Position numbers and translations under genes: made by a program. A stretch of 64,000 nucleotides of DNA from NCBI GenBank assembly GCA_030704615.1, contig CM060733.1:23622001-23686000 (forward strand), in the 5' to 3' direction. The number at the start of each line of letters is the position of its first letter. Within the stretch, counting starts at the first letter, position 1. The stretch is from Takakia lepidozioides. Its lineage: Eukaryota; Plantae; Bryophyta. Shown here in pieces: positions 12,601-24,920 of this stretch. The notes under the pieces are model-generated. The model saw nothing but the letters and a program-made list of their open reading frames with translations, had not been told where the DNA came from and ran no database searches.

Positions 12601-15345
12601 TGGGGGCTCAACCCTGGTGCATGTATGAAGTGACGAGTTGTGGAATTACACCGGAGTCTCTTTAGGTACACGTAGTACAGATGCTTGCAAGGGCAGTATG
12701 ATGCCCCCTTGTTCGCCATGATCTGAAAGTCGGTGCAATTGCAGGTGGGTAATGGTGATGCAGGTGGTGCAATCTGAAATGGTGATGGTGTACACCTCAT
12801 TGCAAACAGCTGAGCCTGCCGTGGCCATCTGATACACACGCCCAAAGCCTGGTGGGGGCACTTCTGTCGAGCTCTGGATTGTACAGTTCATCCGAAGTGC
12901 ATTCCCCATCCTTGTCTCGTTCACTTTTGAGGGAGGTCGCCGCCTCTTCGGTTTCCCCCAACGGTGTGTAGGATGCTTAGAGCTGTCGGGTCCCATTGTT
13001 CTTGCTCTTACAGGGGTCGGTGGTGGAGGCTGTGGAAGCGGAAATGGTTGTCTGGGGACGTCAGTGCGTTGCACCATCCGAAATCCTGCGGCAGTAAGGG
13101 TGTCGGCCTCAACCTGACTCAGATCGCAGCCTGGTTCCACCGGCCACACCGGGGGAGCCTCTGGCATTGTTTGTATGCCGTACTTGGGCTTTCTATACAC
13201 GCAAGTCATAATGTCGTGCCTGCAGAACCAAAACTGGGTGGTTGTCGCCTCCGCAAACTTTGCATGGACAAATCTTCCTGTAAAAGTAGGAGCAGGGACA
13301 GCACCATCTGGATTCCTCCTTATCATCTCTAAACAACGTTGTCGTGTATCCACTCGAATTGCGGAACACCTGCCTCGAAACGACGGCTTTGTGCGAGCAA
13401 TTCTCCACTGTGACGCAGACACAGTCGTCTCCACAATGGCTTGGCCATACTGCATAACAGGGGGCGGAATCTGGGGCAAGCGAGCGGTGGGAATTTCTTG
13501 CACGGAATCCCCGCTTGAAGGCGATGACGATCTGGAATTTCTTGGGCTTCCACTGCTGGAAGTCACATTGTGCGGCAACATGACGGGCCCTCGAGGTGCT
13601 GTCCGAATGTTCCTGTCGGATCTCCAGGAATCCTCTTCGCACCCGGGTTCCTCTTCAATCCTCCGCCTCACAGGGCGAGTACGGACGTCCCCCTCTAGGT
13701 GCTCACCTCTGCGGTGCAGAGGCGTCCCTTTGATCTTCTCTCGCAATGCTGTCGCCCATTTCAGTGGATTCTTCGACCTCGAAGCTGTTCGCACCAACAA
13801 TTCCTCCTTGTCCGGCCCAAAGCCCCATTGTTTCCCGCTCAAGAACTTGTAGTACGTGGCTTGCTGCATGATTGCTCTGTCGATGTCCTCCGTTGTGGCC
13901 GTCACTACGTCCACCAGATGTGCGGCAGAAGACGCTCGCCAGGAGGAGTGCACTGATTCTGCCATATTCGTGTTCGGCATGTCCGTGTTGGAATCCAAGC
14001 ACCGCTCCTACAAGGACACAGACAATGGTGAGGAACCAATGGAAAGGTCCGTAATAGAAAGACAATTGCACGAAAATGACAGCATCATACCTCCCGCATG
14101 TACTGTCCGAACTGTCGATACCGGAAATGCCACCACCCCAACCAGCTGTGCAAGGCTCCCAGATTGGTTGTCTCCACTGCACCTGACGTGTTCCACCAAG
14201 CCTCGATGATAGCAAACTTAACCTCCGCATCATCAAATGTGGGTGCATCCTTCCACGCCATACAAAGGACACGGTGTTCAGCCTGGAATGAGCTAGCAAC
14301 AAATTTGGTAGTGTAATGGGATAGACTCTGCATCCAATGGAATCCACAGGATCTCTCTTTCCCCTCCATTGGCACATTGGGGTCCTCACCGTACACACGC
14401 CGCACCGCTGCCCAGTTGGCCTGAGCGTTGTTTGCCATGAATCCCCTGAAATTGGGCTCTGGCAATCCCGCCCTTGCCATCTGCTCGTTTATGCCCTCCC
14501 ACAGATGCATCTCGGACTGTGTGTCCTCCCCTTTCATCTCGCAGATTGCAATCGTCATAAGCCTCTTGGAGTGATAGTCATAAACATGCGCACCCATAGT
14601 CACCCACTGATGGTTTGTAATTCGCTTGATGTGATCAAACATCACCCAAGCATTCGACAGGTTTCCAGTTGTCATGCGAGTGACCAATTCGACTCCACTC
14701 CCAGGCCCACACGTCGACATTTTAGAAATGTAACAACGATCGGATTCGCTGCCTTGCCCTGGAAACCTGCTACCTTGGATGTAGTCATATCCAGTCATTC
14801 GTTTCACCTCCAGGATTGAGTGCATGTCCGACCCCCGGCCGAACTCCTGCTTGCAAGATACGATGTGATTCCGCACATTCGGACTACAAACGTGCGAGAC
14901 CGACTCCAACAGGTCAAGCATCTCCTCTTCGTTCAAGGGCACTCGGTCTGAACCATCTTCAGACATGATTTTGCCAAGAGCAATCTTGTGGGCTGCCTTC
15001 AGCTGAATCTGCTTTGGTTTGGCTCCGGGGCTCAATTTCACCTCCTCTTTTATGATGTCGTGTGCTTCCTGCACAGCCTCACGCATGTTGCCTCTCGCCA
15101 AGGGGTGGCAGTGGACCCCAACGTGTATACAAGCTCTAGTCAAGTCCGGGAGCAAATGGACAACGTAATATTGCTTGGCTCTGCACATGGACATGCACGT
15201 CGGTGGTTCTTTGCAATGTGCGCACTTGAAAGTACCCGCAGGAGCTTGGCTGGAGACAATGAATGGATGATGCATTGTGCCAGTCCAATCCGTCTCGTTT
15301 CTTTGCCCTCCTTTGGAAAGAAAGTGGAAGCAGGCGGGATTCAGG
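12601..15345 (-). pseudogene. MULE transposase pseudogene (copy B)
   Basis: Same protein as A plus an N-terminal Cys/His region (CAHC..C..HVGVHCHP). Intron at 14008-14090. Catalytic MAD is changed to MAN, there is a frameshifting duplication near 12750-12775, and both ends are deleted. Confidence 0.85.
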
Positions 15346-15605
15346 TTTCCGACATTCCAGCAAAATAAGGCACCGCATTTCCGCCCGGGTGAGACCTTAA
15401 CACTCTCCAGAACGGAAATGCGGTAACGCATTTCCATCCAGCAAGCATGGTATATGAAGGTGGAACGGAAATGCGGTACCGCACTTCCGTTCTGATTGAG
15501 AATCATGAACAAAGGGAACAGAAATGCGGCACCGCATTTCCGTCCGAGTCGCACTTTCCGACATTCCAGAACGGAAATGCGGCACCGCATTTCCGCCCGG
15601 GTGAG
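15346..15605 (-). repeat. Inverted segment of the 53-bp palindrome array
   Basis: Reverse complement of the 212-bp higher-order unit seen at 21447-21817. Confidence 0.85.
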
Positions 15606-18600
15606 AGGTGCCGGTCGGAAAACCGCCCAGCCCACATTGAGGCACTTGTTACAATGCCATCCACACATTATGACATGGCCCTTCAGATGTTGCGAATGAA
15701 AGCATAACGAGAGTTTGCAGAAAAGCATACAACAAGATTCTGCATACCTGTCCCACAGATGAGGTCGAGCACTGTGCCCTCCACGTCAGTGCATGTCTCC
15801 ATAATTGTCTGAATGAAGGCACGGCTCCGAGTGCGTGAATACCACAGGGGTTCAGTTGAAGTGAGGCTATGAGGGAGAAGTTCCGTGGGAACGTTGTTGA
15901 ACAGGACATCGTAATCGATGGGGTCGCAGTTCGGGTCAACCAACAATCCCTCCTTCCGGAAAGCAAAGGTGGAGTTCTCCTTCACAAAGCAGTATGCATC
16001 GAACTACTTCGTCTGCATACAAAGTGGGGGACGATTAGAAATCGAATGCGGCACCGCATTTCAAGACTCCTAAGAAAATGAAAGGACGAGTGCCAAGGTC
16101 GTAATTACCTTCTTCCCTTCCGACCGAAGGCCCAATGTGTTGATGCACGTCCACTTCTTCTTCATAATTGGGACGGCGCTCTTGCGGGTCCACTTCGCAA
16201 TTCCTGTCTGCGTATTTTTGCCTCTGCTCGCCAGGACAACCACACAGCCTCTGTCGTCCAACACCATGCGGGCGAGCCCGAATCCTTTCTTCCAAAAGTC
16301 CTCGGAGTACCTGTTCCAAGATGGCAAAGCTTGAAGTCCTTCCACAGGCTCTCCGTCTGGAATATCCAAGATGATCATATCGCAAGACCAATCGGTGGCA
16401 TTTCCGCCCCTCCTGCAATCCTTGTCTGCACACACCCTCTCAAGGAACAAGACCATCTTCAGAAACCCGGGGGTGTCGGAAGGCTCTTCGGCAGCCGCCT
16501 TCTTTAGTGCTCTGCCCTTCAGACCCTCCATGGTCTTCATGTATGCCAACTTGGTTGCCCGTCCATCCAAAGCCGCCAAGAAACTCTCATTGACACACTG
16601 GACTACTGTATCGGGATCCACTTTCGGCCTCTTCATTTCCACTGGCTCGAAAGGGTGCCCCCCCGGGGGGTTGAAGAGTGTCTTCTTTGCCGAGCCAGTT
16701 CTCGTCCCTCTCGTGACAACGGTGGGCACAGGGGATTTTGGCTCCGTCTCGGGGGGTGGGCTGGTTGCAAAGTCTCCATCGGAGTCCTCTTCCTCACCCT
16801 CTACCTGCACTATCTGTTTCTGCTTCTTCGTTTTCTTGGGTGTCACAACTGCTGCTCCTTGCTGCCGAGTCCGCTTCTTCGACCCCTTCTGTTGAGCCTG
16901 CATAGCTGCATCCACCGTCTTTTGTGCCATTTCAGCTGCCTTTCTGGATTGTTCCAGAGCAGCAGCTTCCTTTGCCGACTTTGGCCGAGCAGGGACACGT
17001 CTTTCCTTTCTCTTCTCTTCTGCTTTCGCGTGCAGATCTTTCTCAGACTCGTCAACAATTCCTCCAGACATGTCCAGGTACCACGGGCATCCAACCAGAT
17101 GCGCAGCATGCCATTGTTTTTGTATCTCGGGTGTGTAGACACAGCTTGGGCCCGCCACGGTCCAAGCCATGAAGAACGGGGGCTCTTGAGCCAGGGCCCC
17201 TGTCTGAAGAAGCACGTATTTCATATACTTGCAGGGCAGTCAGCATGCGTGAGCAAAAGTTGAGACCAACGTACTCGTAGAGTGCAACCGAAAACATAAA
17301 ATGCGAATGCGGTGCCGCATTTCCCAGACAAACCTCATTACCAGGCTTTGCATACAAGGACAGCTGGGCTTCACCTGTAAACAATTCGCATTGCAGCTTT
17401 TCCTGCTCCCTCCTGATGTGTAAACTCCACGCTCATTCTTGCTGTTTGCAGCTCCCTGGCGAAGAGGTTGTCCTTGTAAGCACATCTGAAACGTGTCACG
17501 TAGTCTTCCAATGTCTGTGTTCCATCCCATTTGACGTACAAGCCAAACAAATTTGTATGCATAACGACTTGCTCCTTCGCATTCGTCATTACCTGCGATT
17601 CCCACATGCATTGTCACGTAGCAGTTCAGGGAATTCATTTCAGAAAAGCAAATCTAGGGAAGTACCTTGAATTACCTGGAACCACCAAGTCATGCGGTTG
17701 AGCCACACATCCACTGCAGGGTCGGAAACTTCGAGTGGAAAAGACCACATTGTCCTTATACTCTCCGATGCATTCCAGATCGACAGCCACCATGTCTGCC
17801 ATTTCCGATCCAATGTCAGGAGCAGGAAGAAGAGTGGCTATTGCTAGGAAGGAACTTCAGTGAATTGAAACATCACCTTCTCTTTCGCTTCAACACATGC
17901 CGTTGAGAGGTGATGCAGTTTCTCCAACTGCATGGTCGGCTGCATGGCCCGAGAATAGTGTTTTGCAATCTCGGGGATGAAGTCCTTTCCAAGTGCCGGA
18001 TCTGCAATGGCCACCAGCTTCACAAGCTTTGACTTGTATTTCGTTCTGGACTTGACCCCGGCTTCCTTCAAGTGCTCAATCAATGACTGCAACGTTTTGA
18101 CCTGCCCCTCACTTTCCATGAAGAAGCGTTTGGCATGGGCCAAATCCAGCTTGATGTTTGACTGCCAACAAAAACATGCAGAAGCGTTACATTCGATTCA
18201 TGTGGAAAGATTACCGGAAATTGAGGAAGGATGAGCAGAGGGAAATGGGAGGACGACTTACTTCGTATATGACCTCCACCATTCCATCCATAGTGAGACG
18301 ATACCATGTCCGGTCAGTTTTTGCCACGGCTTTCTGAATGAGCTCGGGCTCCAACATTTCCGCGAACATGTGCGGATCAGTGAGACCAGTTTTCCTCACC
18401 CTGTACAGCATATGTGCCATGTGGGTATGCACGTACGCATTTTCAGTGACCCTGCAAGGCACACTCTTCAGTTCAGTCCACGAAAGCACGGAAACAAAAC
18501 AGATTGGAAACTGAAATGCGGCACCGCATTTCGAACGTGCATGGGAGGGTATGAGTATCTTACGAGTTGAGGTCCGCCATGGCATTCTTGAGCAGGGAGG

Positions 18601-19774
18601 AGTCTGCCGCCTTCACCTTGAGGATGACACACTCCACCATGTAATGCCAGCCAATGTGCTTGGCATGGTTCTGCTTGATGTACTCCCACCAGGCGAGAAG
18701 TCGGTGATTCCCGTCCCACACAAAGAACATTTTACCCGACATATGGCCGAAGTCGGGATCACCCTTCAGTGTTGCCTCGAATTCGTCGTTGCGGGTGTGC
18801 CAGTGGGTATCCCATGTTGACAATTCCTCCGCAGTGGGTCCACGAGATTCGCCGTCCTCATTCTCAAGGGAAACGTAGAAGGCTGGCAAACCTAGACGGT
18901 ACCCTTCTCGAAATGCGAACTTGAGCTTATCCACATCTCCGGGAAGTGCCTGCCTGACGATGGAAAGGGAGACCATGCGACAGAGTGGGATTCGAAGAGT
19001 CCGCTGGAATACCCTGCTGCCCAGAACTCTGCCAATGCTACTATGTGTCTCCTCCAACATTGTATCCGCTGCACTTTGGAATTCCTCCGGAGACATTTCT
19101 GCTGGTGGCGGCAGGGGCTAAGCAGCTTGAGCATCCCCAACTGGAGCTGCACTCTGGGGAATCTTTGCGGACAATTGTGCAATTGCAGAGGCCTCCTCCG
19201 GGCCTTCAGTGGTCAGGTCTTCCTCAACTGTGGTCAGGTCTTGCTGAGAACGTTGAGAGGCAGCACCCTCCTCCGGTACCAGATCTCCGGTTGATCCCAT
19301 TGGCTTCGCTGCAGCAGGTTGGAAATCAAGCAGGAACTGGGCTTTAGCTCGTGGAATCGGTTTTGAAGACTGCTCTGCCCTCCCCCTGATTGCCTTGTGC
19401 TTCCTCATTCTTGCAGGTGAAGGTGTCTGCTGCAATTGAATCTGCTTCATTCGCCTGGGTGGGGGGGAAACGGCCTGGTCCGGTTCAGAAACAAGTTGAA
19501 GGACGGGCTGCTTCTTCTTCGTCTTTGCTGGAGAAGGGCTAGACCCCTGCTGGCGATTCTCCATGACCTTTGAAGGCGAGTCGCTCTCTAGGGCTTTGAA
19601 CTGCAAGGACTTGCCCTTGGAAGCCGCGTCCTTGAAACGCACAGGACTAGGACCGGCAGGAAGACCCGTGCTCGCGGATCGGCTGGGTGTGCGTGCTGCA
19701 GCTAGCTCCACGGACTCTTCGGATTCCTGCGATCCCTCCAGCACGTCCACCTTTCCGGTTAGGCATGCAAACAT
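15606..19774 (-). pseudogene. ParB/Srx-like domain plus beta-class amino-MTase-like gene, copy B (multi-exon, damaged)
   Basis: FFVWDGNHRLLAW at about 18690-18730, DMIILDIPDG at about 16353-16382 and TVLDLICGTG at about 15747-15775. TAG at 19118 where copy C has CAG, acceptor near 15646 mutated to AA, truncated at 15606. Confidence 0.7.
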
Positions 19775-20376
19775 CTTCTGCAGTCAAGTCTCCTAGCATA
19801 CAGTCTAAGAATTGCAGAAGAAAAATGAGGCGGGTTTCGGTGCTCGATCAGCTGGCGAATCCCGATAGCACGGAGCTCTCACTGGTGGTTGGGTTGCCTG
19901 CGTGGCCTGATGCTGCGAGATGGCAATCTCCTCCTGTACACGCATCTGCTTCCTCCCCTTCGGCATTGGCCTACGTCCGAAGTACAATTTTCGGAGCTTG
20001 CGACGATGTCTCTTCTCTGGTGCACGCACTCCCTCCCTCTCAGGTTCGAGCATAAGAAGAACAGAGACAGGGAAAAGGGGCAAAGAGTGCAGATGGAAAG
20101 GGCGCGAGAGGGGTGACTGAGGAGACACGACAAAAGCAGATGAAACGGTGGTGATGCAGCACTTGGGTTCGAAAGGGTTGGAGGAAAGTGTCTCCTCGTG
20201 GACTTTGCATCATTACGAAATTCGAATCGTTCAGGATACGTCTGCCGTCCGAAAAACAAACATCATTATCCAACGGTCAGGCCGCGCCGCCTCATGCCAC
20301 TTCAGTCAGATAGAGTGCAGACACATGCCGCAATTCCGATGCTCCACGTGTTCAAATTTGGAGTTGGAGTGAAAAT

Positions 20377-21817
20377 GCGAATGCGGCGCCGCATTTCCGT
20401 TAAGTACCATCACAGAGCTACACATCCGTGCTTGTTGGAAGAAAATGCGGCACCGCATTTCCGTTCCACCTTCACATACCTTAGTTGTTGAACGGAAATA
20501 CGGTGCCGCATTTCCGTCCCACAGCTCAATGTATGAGATACAAAAGGGAAATGCGGCGCCGCATTTCCGTTCAGGAATGTCGAAACGTGCGATTCGGACG
20601 GAAATGCGGCACAGCAATTCAGTTCCCGTGGTTCATGATTTTCAATCTGAAAGGAAATGCGGTACCGCATTTTTGTTCCAAAGCTCTATGCCTCACATAC
20701 AAAAAGGAAATGCGGCGCCGCATTTCCGTTTTGGAATGTCGGAAGGTGCGACTCCGACGGAATTGCTGTACCGCATTTCAGTTCCGATGTTTCACGATTT
20801 TTCATAATAACGGAAATGCGGTACCGCATTTCCGTTCTGGAGAGTATGAAGGTCTCACCCGGGCGGAAATGCGGTGCCGCATTTCCATTCTAGCTTGTGA
20901 GGGAGGTGCGACTCGGATGGAAATGCGCTGCCGCATTTCAGTTCCGATGGTTCACGATTTACAGTCAGAACGGAAATGCGGTACCGCATTTCCGTTCTGG
21001 AGAGTATGAAGGTCTCACCCTGGCGGAAATGCGGTGCCGCATTTCCGTTCTAGCTTGGGAGGGAGGTGCGACTCGGATGGAAATGCACTGCCGCATTTCA
21101 GTTCCGATGGTTCACGATTTACAGTCAGAACGGAAATGCGGTACCGCATTTCCGTTCTGGATAGTATGAATGTCTGAAGCGGTCGGAATTGCGCTGTCTC
21201 AAGCGATCGGAATTGCACTGGGCTCCATGCATCAGATACAAATCGGAAATGCGGCTCCGCATTTCCGTTCTGGAATGTCGGAAAGTGCCACTCGGACGGA
21301 AATGCGGTGCCGCATTTCTGTTCCCGTTGTTCATAATTCTCAATCAGAACGGAAATGTGGTACCGCATTTCCGTTCCACCTTCACATACCGTGCTTGCTG
21401 GATGGAAATGCGTTACCGCATTCCCGTTCTGGAGAGTATTAAGGTCTCACCCGGGCGGAAATGCGGTGCCGCATTTCCGTTATGGAATGTCGGAAAGTGC
21501 GACTCGGACGGAAATGCGGTGCCGCATTTCTGTTCCCTTTGTTCATGATTCTCAATCAGAACGGAAATGCGGTACCGCATTTCCGTTCCACCTTCACATA
21601 CCGTGCTTGCTGGATGGAAATGCGTTACTGCATTTCCGTTCTGGAGAGTGTTAAGGTCTCACCCGGGCGGAAATGCGGTGCCGCATTTCCGTTCTGGAAT
21701 GTCGGAAAGTGCGACTCGGACGGAAATGCGGTGCCGCATTTCTGTTCCCTTTGTTCATGATTCTCAATCAGAACGGAAATGCGGTACCGCATTTCCGTTC
21801 TGGAGAGTGTTAAGGTC
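20377..21817. repeat. Array of about 27 palindromes GGAAATGCG-N4-CGCATTTCC at a 53-bp period, with 160-bp and 212-bp higher-order units
   Basis: Starts at 20441, 20494, 20547, 20600, 20653, 20706, 20759, 20812, 20865, 20919, 20972, 21025, 21079 and 21132, then every 53 bp from 21245 to 21775. Confidence 0.95.
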
Positions 21818-22210
21818 GGGGGTTGCTATTCCATATGCACAGGTTGCGTGCATGCATGCACAAAATCCCTTATTATATATGCATGTGACAAATTTGTATG
21901 CACACATTGTAGATTGTATGCAGTGGAGTTATATAACATAGAATATGACGTATTTATTGCATATGCAAATGTTACATCATATGTATATAGAAAAAAATAA
22001 AATAAAAATCTTAGCTAACAAAATCAGTAGTCAATGGTCAAAGTTGCATGTGACCACTAACTCCAACTAATGCACCACCTTAAACTGAAGAGAATACAAG
22101 ATCCCTGGCCAAAGTAATAGTTTGCAAACTTGTATTCAAGGAAAACAGTTTCATATTAACCAAAATATGGACTTTTGTACTAACAAATGCATATGTGTCA
22201 TGTTTGGAAC
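21818..22210 (+). mobile_element. AT-rich fragment starting with a related TIR (GGGGGTTGCTATTCCATATG)
   Basis: The first 20 nt align with the termini at 22211 and 11944. Confidence 0.45.
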
Positions 22211-22664
22211 GGGGGCTGCTATTTCATGAGCCATGAGCCATGAGCCATGAGCAGAGTCGTAAGTGTGGAAAAAAACATGAGCAGCACTATTTTCCGGAAA
22301 TGAGTGTCCGCGGGAATAGGGTTTAGGGTGCCACGGTCATAGGGGGAGAAGGACCTCCCGATGAAGGAGGTTCGGCAATGTTATTTAGAATTATATATTG
22401 AAAGGCAATGTTACGCGAATGGTAGGGTGGTACTGCTCTGTACAATGGGGGCCCATTTCAGCCTACCAGCCACTTGCAAAATCCACCCACACACCCAATC
22501 CCAAACAAAATGAGCAATGACGCATTCTGGGAACGATGGACACAGAATAGAATAAAAAGAGGGCACAATGAGGTTTTTATTGATCCACATGAATTGCATT
22601 TGAAGCACGTCTACTGTGCTGATTGTGCCATCAAATCTTGAGCCCTGTGCTTACTGAATACAAG

Positions 22665-23339
22665 TCACGTTGTCAATGGGACTTCGACTGCTCTCAGAAC
22701 TAGCTCATGAGTCATGGGGCTCCTCCATGTAAAGTCGATTGCAGCCGTTGTACCGCCCCTAGTGATGTTCACCACAATGTCCTGCCCTTCAATCATACCA
22801 CCATCGAATATGGAAATCTTCACGTTTTCGTCGTCCACACCAATGCGAATGTCCCCATACAATGGAGAAGAGGAGCGCACTCCTCGAGGAGAATAGGTCT
22901 CTCCGATGGAGTCCACCCACGTCCAGTGGCAGCAGTTCCACCGCAACAGCATAGCAGTGCGCCTTCTTCTGCATGGGTGACCGTCGTAGCTGGGAAATTC
23001 GGAATCGAGGATGCGCAGGAGCCACGGACTCCTCAGACCAAGATCGTCACCCCGCTCGAAGGCGTAGTGGCCTACGATATACTCAAAAGCCACCAATGTT
23101 TCCACAATCGAACCAGTATCTTCTGTGTAATCTGTGTACCAGATAACAATGTCTCCCGATGTGGCCGAATACATTGCATAATCGATGCCTCCAAAGGGGC
23201 AGTCGTCCCGATTCCGGAAGCACGGCATCCTTGCAAAGGAGGACCTGAGGACGACTTGGATGCCGATGACCTTGCGGACAGCTACGAAGCCCTTAGATTT
23301 TGGAAAAGATACGAAGCGGAAGAGCAGTCCGGCCTCCAA
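22665..23339 (-). CDS. Hypothetical transposon cargo protein (224-aa open frame, possibly with an upstream exon)
   Basis: Open frame with globular-protein-like composition. No family recognised; a 244-aa antisense ORF overlaps it. Confidence 0.4.
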   Translation of the reverse strand: MEAGLLFRFVSFPKSKGFVAVRKVIGIQVVLRSSFARMPCFRNRDDCPFGGIDYAMYSATSGDIVIWYTDYTEDTGSIVETLVAFEYIVGHYAFERGDDLGLRSPWLLRILDSEFPSYDGHPCRRRRTAMLLRWNCCHWTWVDSIGETYSPRGVRSSSPLYGDIRIGVDDENVKISIFDGGMIEGQDIVVNITRGGTTAAIDFTWRSPMTHELVLRAVEVPLTT

Positions 23340-23842
23340 AATGGAGCATCTGGGTCACACGTACCCACCGACGGAGGTGGAACGTGTTCATCACGCCAGC
23401 GGTGGATGAACCCATACATCTTTCTCATCAACAAGTTATAGTTTGAGATCTGCCACCGAAGTCCATCCCCCCAGATGGAAATTCGGCGCCGCATTTACAT
23501 CGAAGAGGGGATGGACTTCGTCGTGTCCAGTGGCTATCGGCCCACCTGGCAGTGAGTGCCCATAGTTTGCGCAGCAGGGTAGGAAACTGAAACGGCTACA
23601 TTCATGCAGCAGCCAATCTTCATCGGTCCAGGATCCTGTACGGGGGAAATTTAAATGTGCCCTGGAGTGTGCCCTGGAATGTACCTCACTTCTGTATGAC
23701 TGTGTTTCATTGTGTTGAATAACTCTCGGATTTGGCCCACTGTTTACAAATTGATGTCTCATTTCTACAATTTGTCTGTCCGGTTGAATAAAGCAGAGTA
23801 ACCGGTATGTGAGTCATGTGTCAAGAATATACCAGAGTAACG

Positions 23843-24140
23843 CCATGTCGGACATTGAAATGCGGCACCGCATTTCCATGTCGGCATGGAAATGTGGGGC
23901 CGCATTTCCATGTCGGCTTGGAAATGCGGCGCCGCATTTCCATGTCGGCATCGAAATGCGGCGCCGCATTTCCATGTCAGCATCGAAATGCGGCACAGCA
24001 TTTCCATGTCGGACATCGAAATGCGGCACCGCATTTCCATGTCGGACATCGAAATTCGGCACCGCATTTCCATGTCGGACATCGAAATGCGGCACCGCAT
24101 TTCCATGTCCGACAAGAAAATGCGGTGCCGAATTTCCGTC
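23843..24140. repeat. Nine tandem 32-33-bp units, each containing the family-1 palindrome
   Basis: Unit CATGTCGG(A)CATCGAAATGCGGCACCGCATTTC. Further dispersed palindromes continue to about 24732. Confidence 0.92.
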
Positions 24141-24920
24141 CAGGTACACGAAATACCAACACGGGTCTATAAATTGATCAGAAAACGAGGTTGGCATTGC
24201 AAATGCGGCGACGCATTTCCAGCTTGGCAATGGAAACTTCTTTTTGGACAAGGGAATGCGGTACCGCATTTCCGTCCAACACTTCGAAAAGTGCACCTAT
24301 TTCCGACCAGCGCGATGGAATGCGTTACCGCATTTCCGAGAGAGGGTCTGCAGATGGACAAATTGCGATGTCCGTTCTGGAAATGCGGCACCGCATTTCC
24401 ATGTCCGTCATCGACTTTTTTTTACAATGGAATGCTGTGCCAATTTTTGCTGATGGGTCTGCAGTTCGAACAACGACCATCCCCAATATGGAAATGCGGC
24501 ACCGCATTTTCAATCCCGCCATGTCGGCCTCCTTGTGCGACCTCCTTGTTCGACCTCTGTAAGCGTTGTCGCATCCATGCAATGAGCGGGAGAGGCCAAA
24601 ACTGGCGTGTGGACAAAGGAAATTTTGGAAATGCGGCACCGCATTCCCAATTCAGATTACTTTTTACTATGCCAACATTGAAATGGAAAAATTAGTCCCT
24701 CCCCTGTCTTGGAAATGCGGTGCCGCATTTCCAAAAGAGGTTCTTAGAGTTGCCAAAATTTTGGAAATGCCCTGACCCATTTCTGATTTTGGGAGCGTCC
24801 TGGTTTGGGCGATTGTGTGGCTGGAATGCACACTGGAGAGGGGTCACGAATGTCGGGCAGAATTTTCTTTATATACTCTGGAAGAGAATTTACATTTACA
24901 GAGACTTCATTAAAATTCTA

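Larger units (their letters stand above)
11944..21817 (-). mobile_element. MULE copy B, inverted relative to A and internally rearranged
   Basis: 11944-14808 is a close reverse-complement copy of 1-3082. 15606-21190 is colinear with copy C 25650-31582. Confidence 0.85.

Noticed and set aside
15346-15728. N-terminus of the 547-aa ORF
   Set aside because: Translates intron and palindrome-array DNA fused to the transposase by rearrangement.
20377-21817. CRISPR array (palindromic repeat plus constant-length spacers)
   Set aside because: Spacers recur in 160-bp and 212-bp higher-order units, the repeat also occurs singly in introns, there are no cas genes, and the context is a eukaryotic transposon.
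20198-24775. Many ORFs with EMRCRIS / KCGAAF / GNAAPHF repeats (also 30368-31483)
   Set aside because: Translations of the stop-free palindrome, not proteins.
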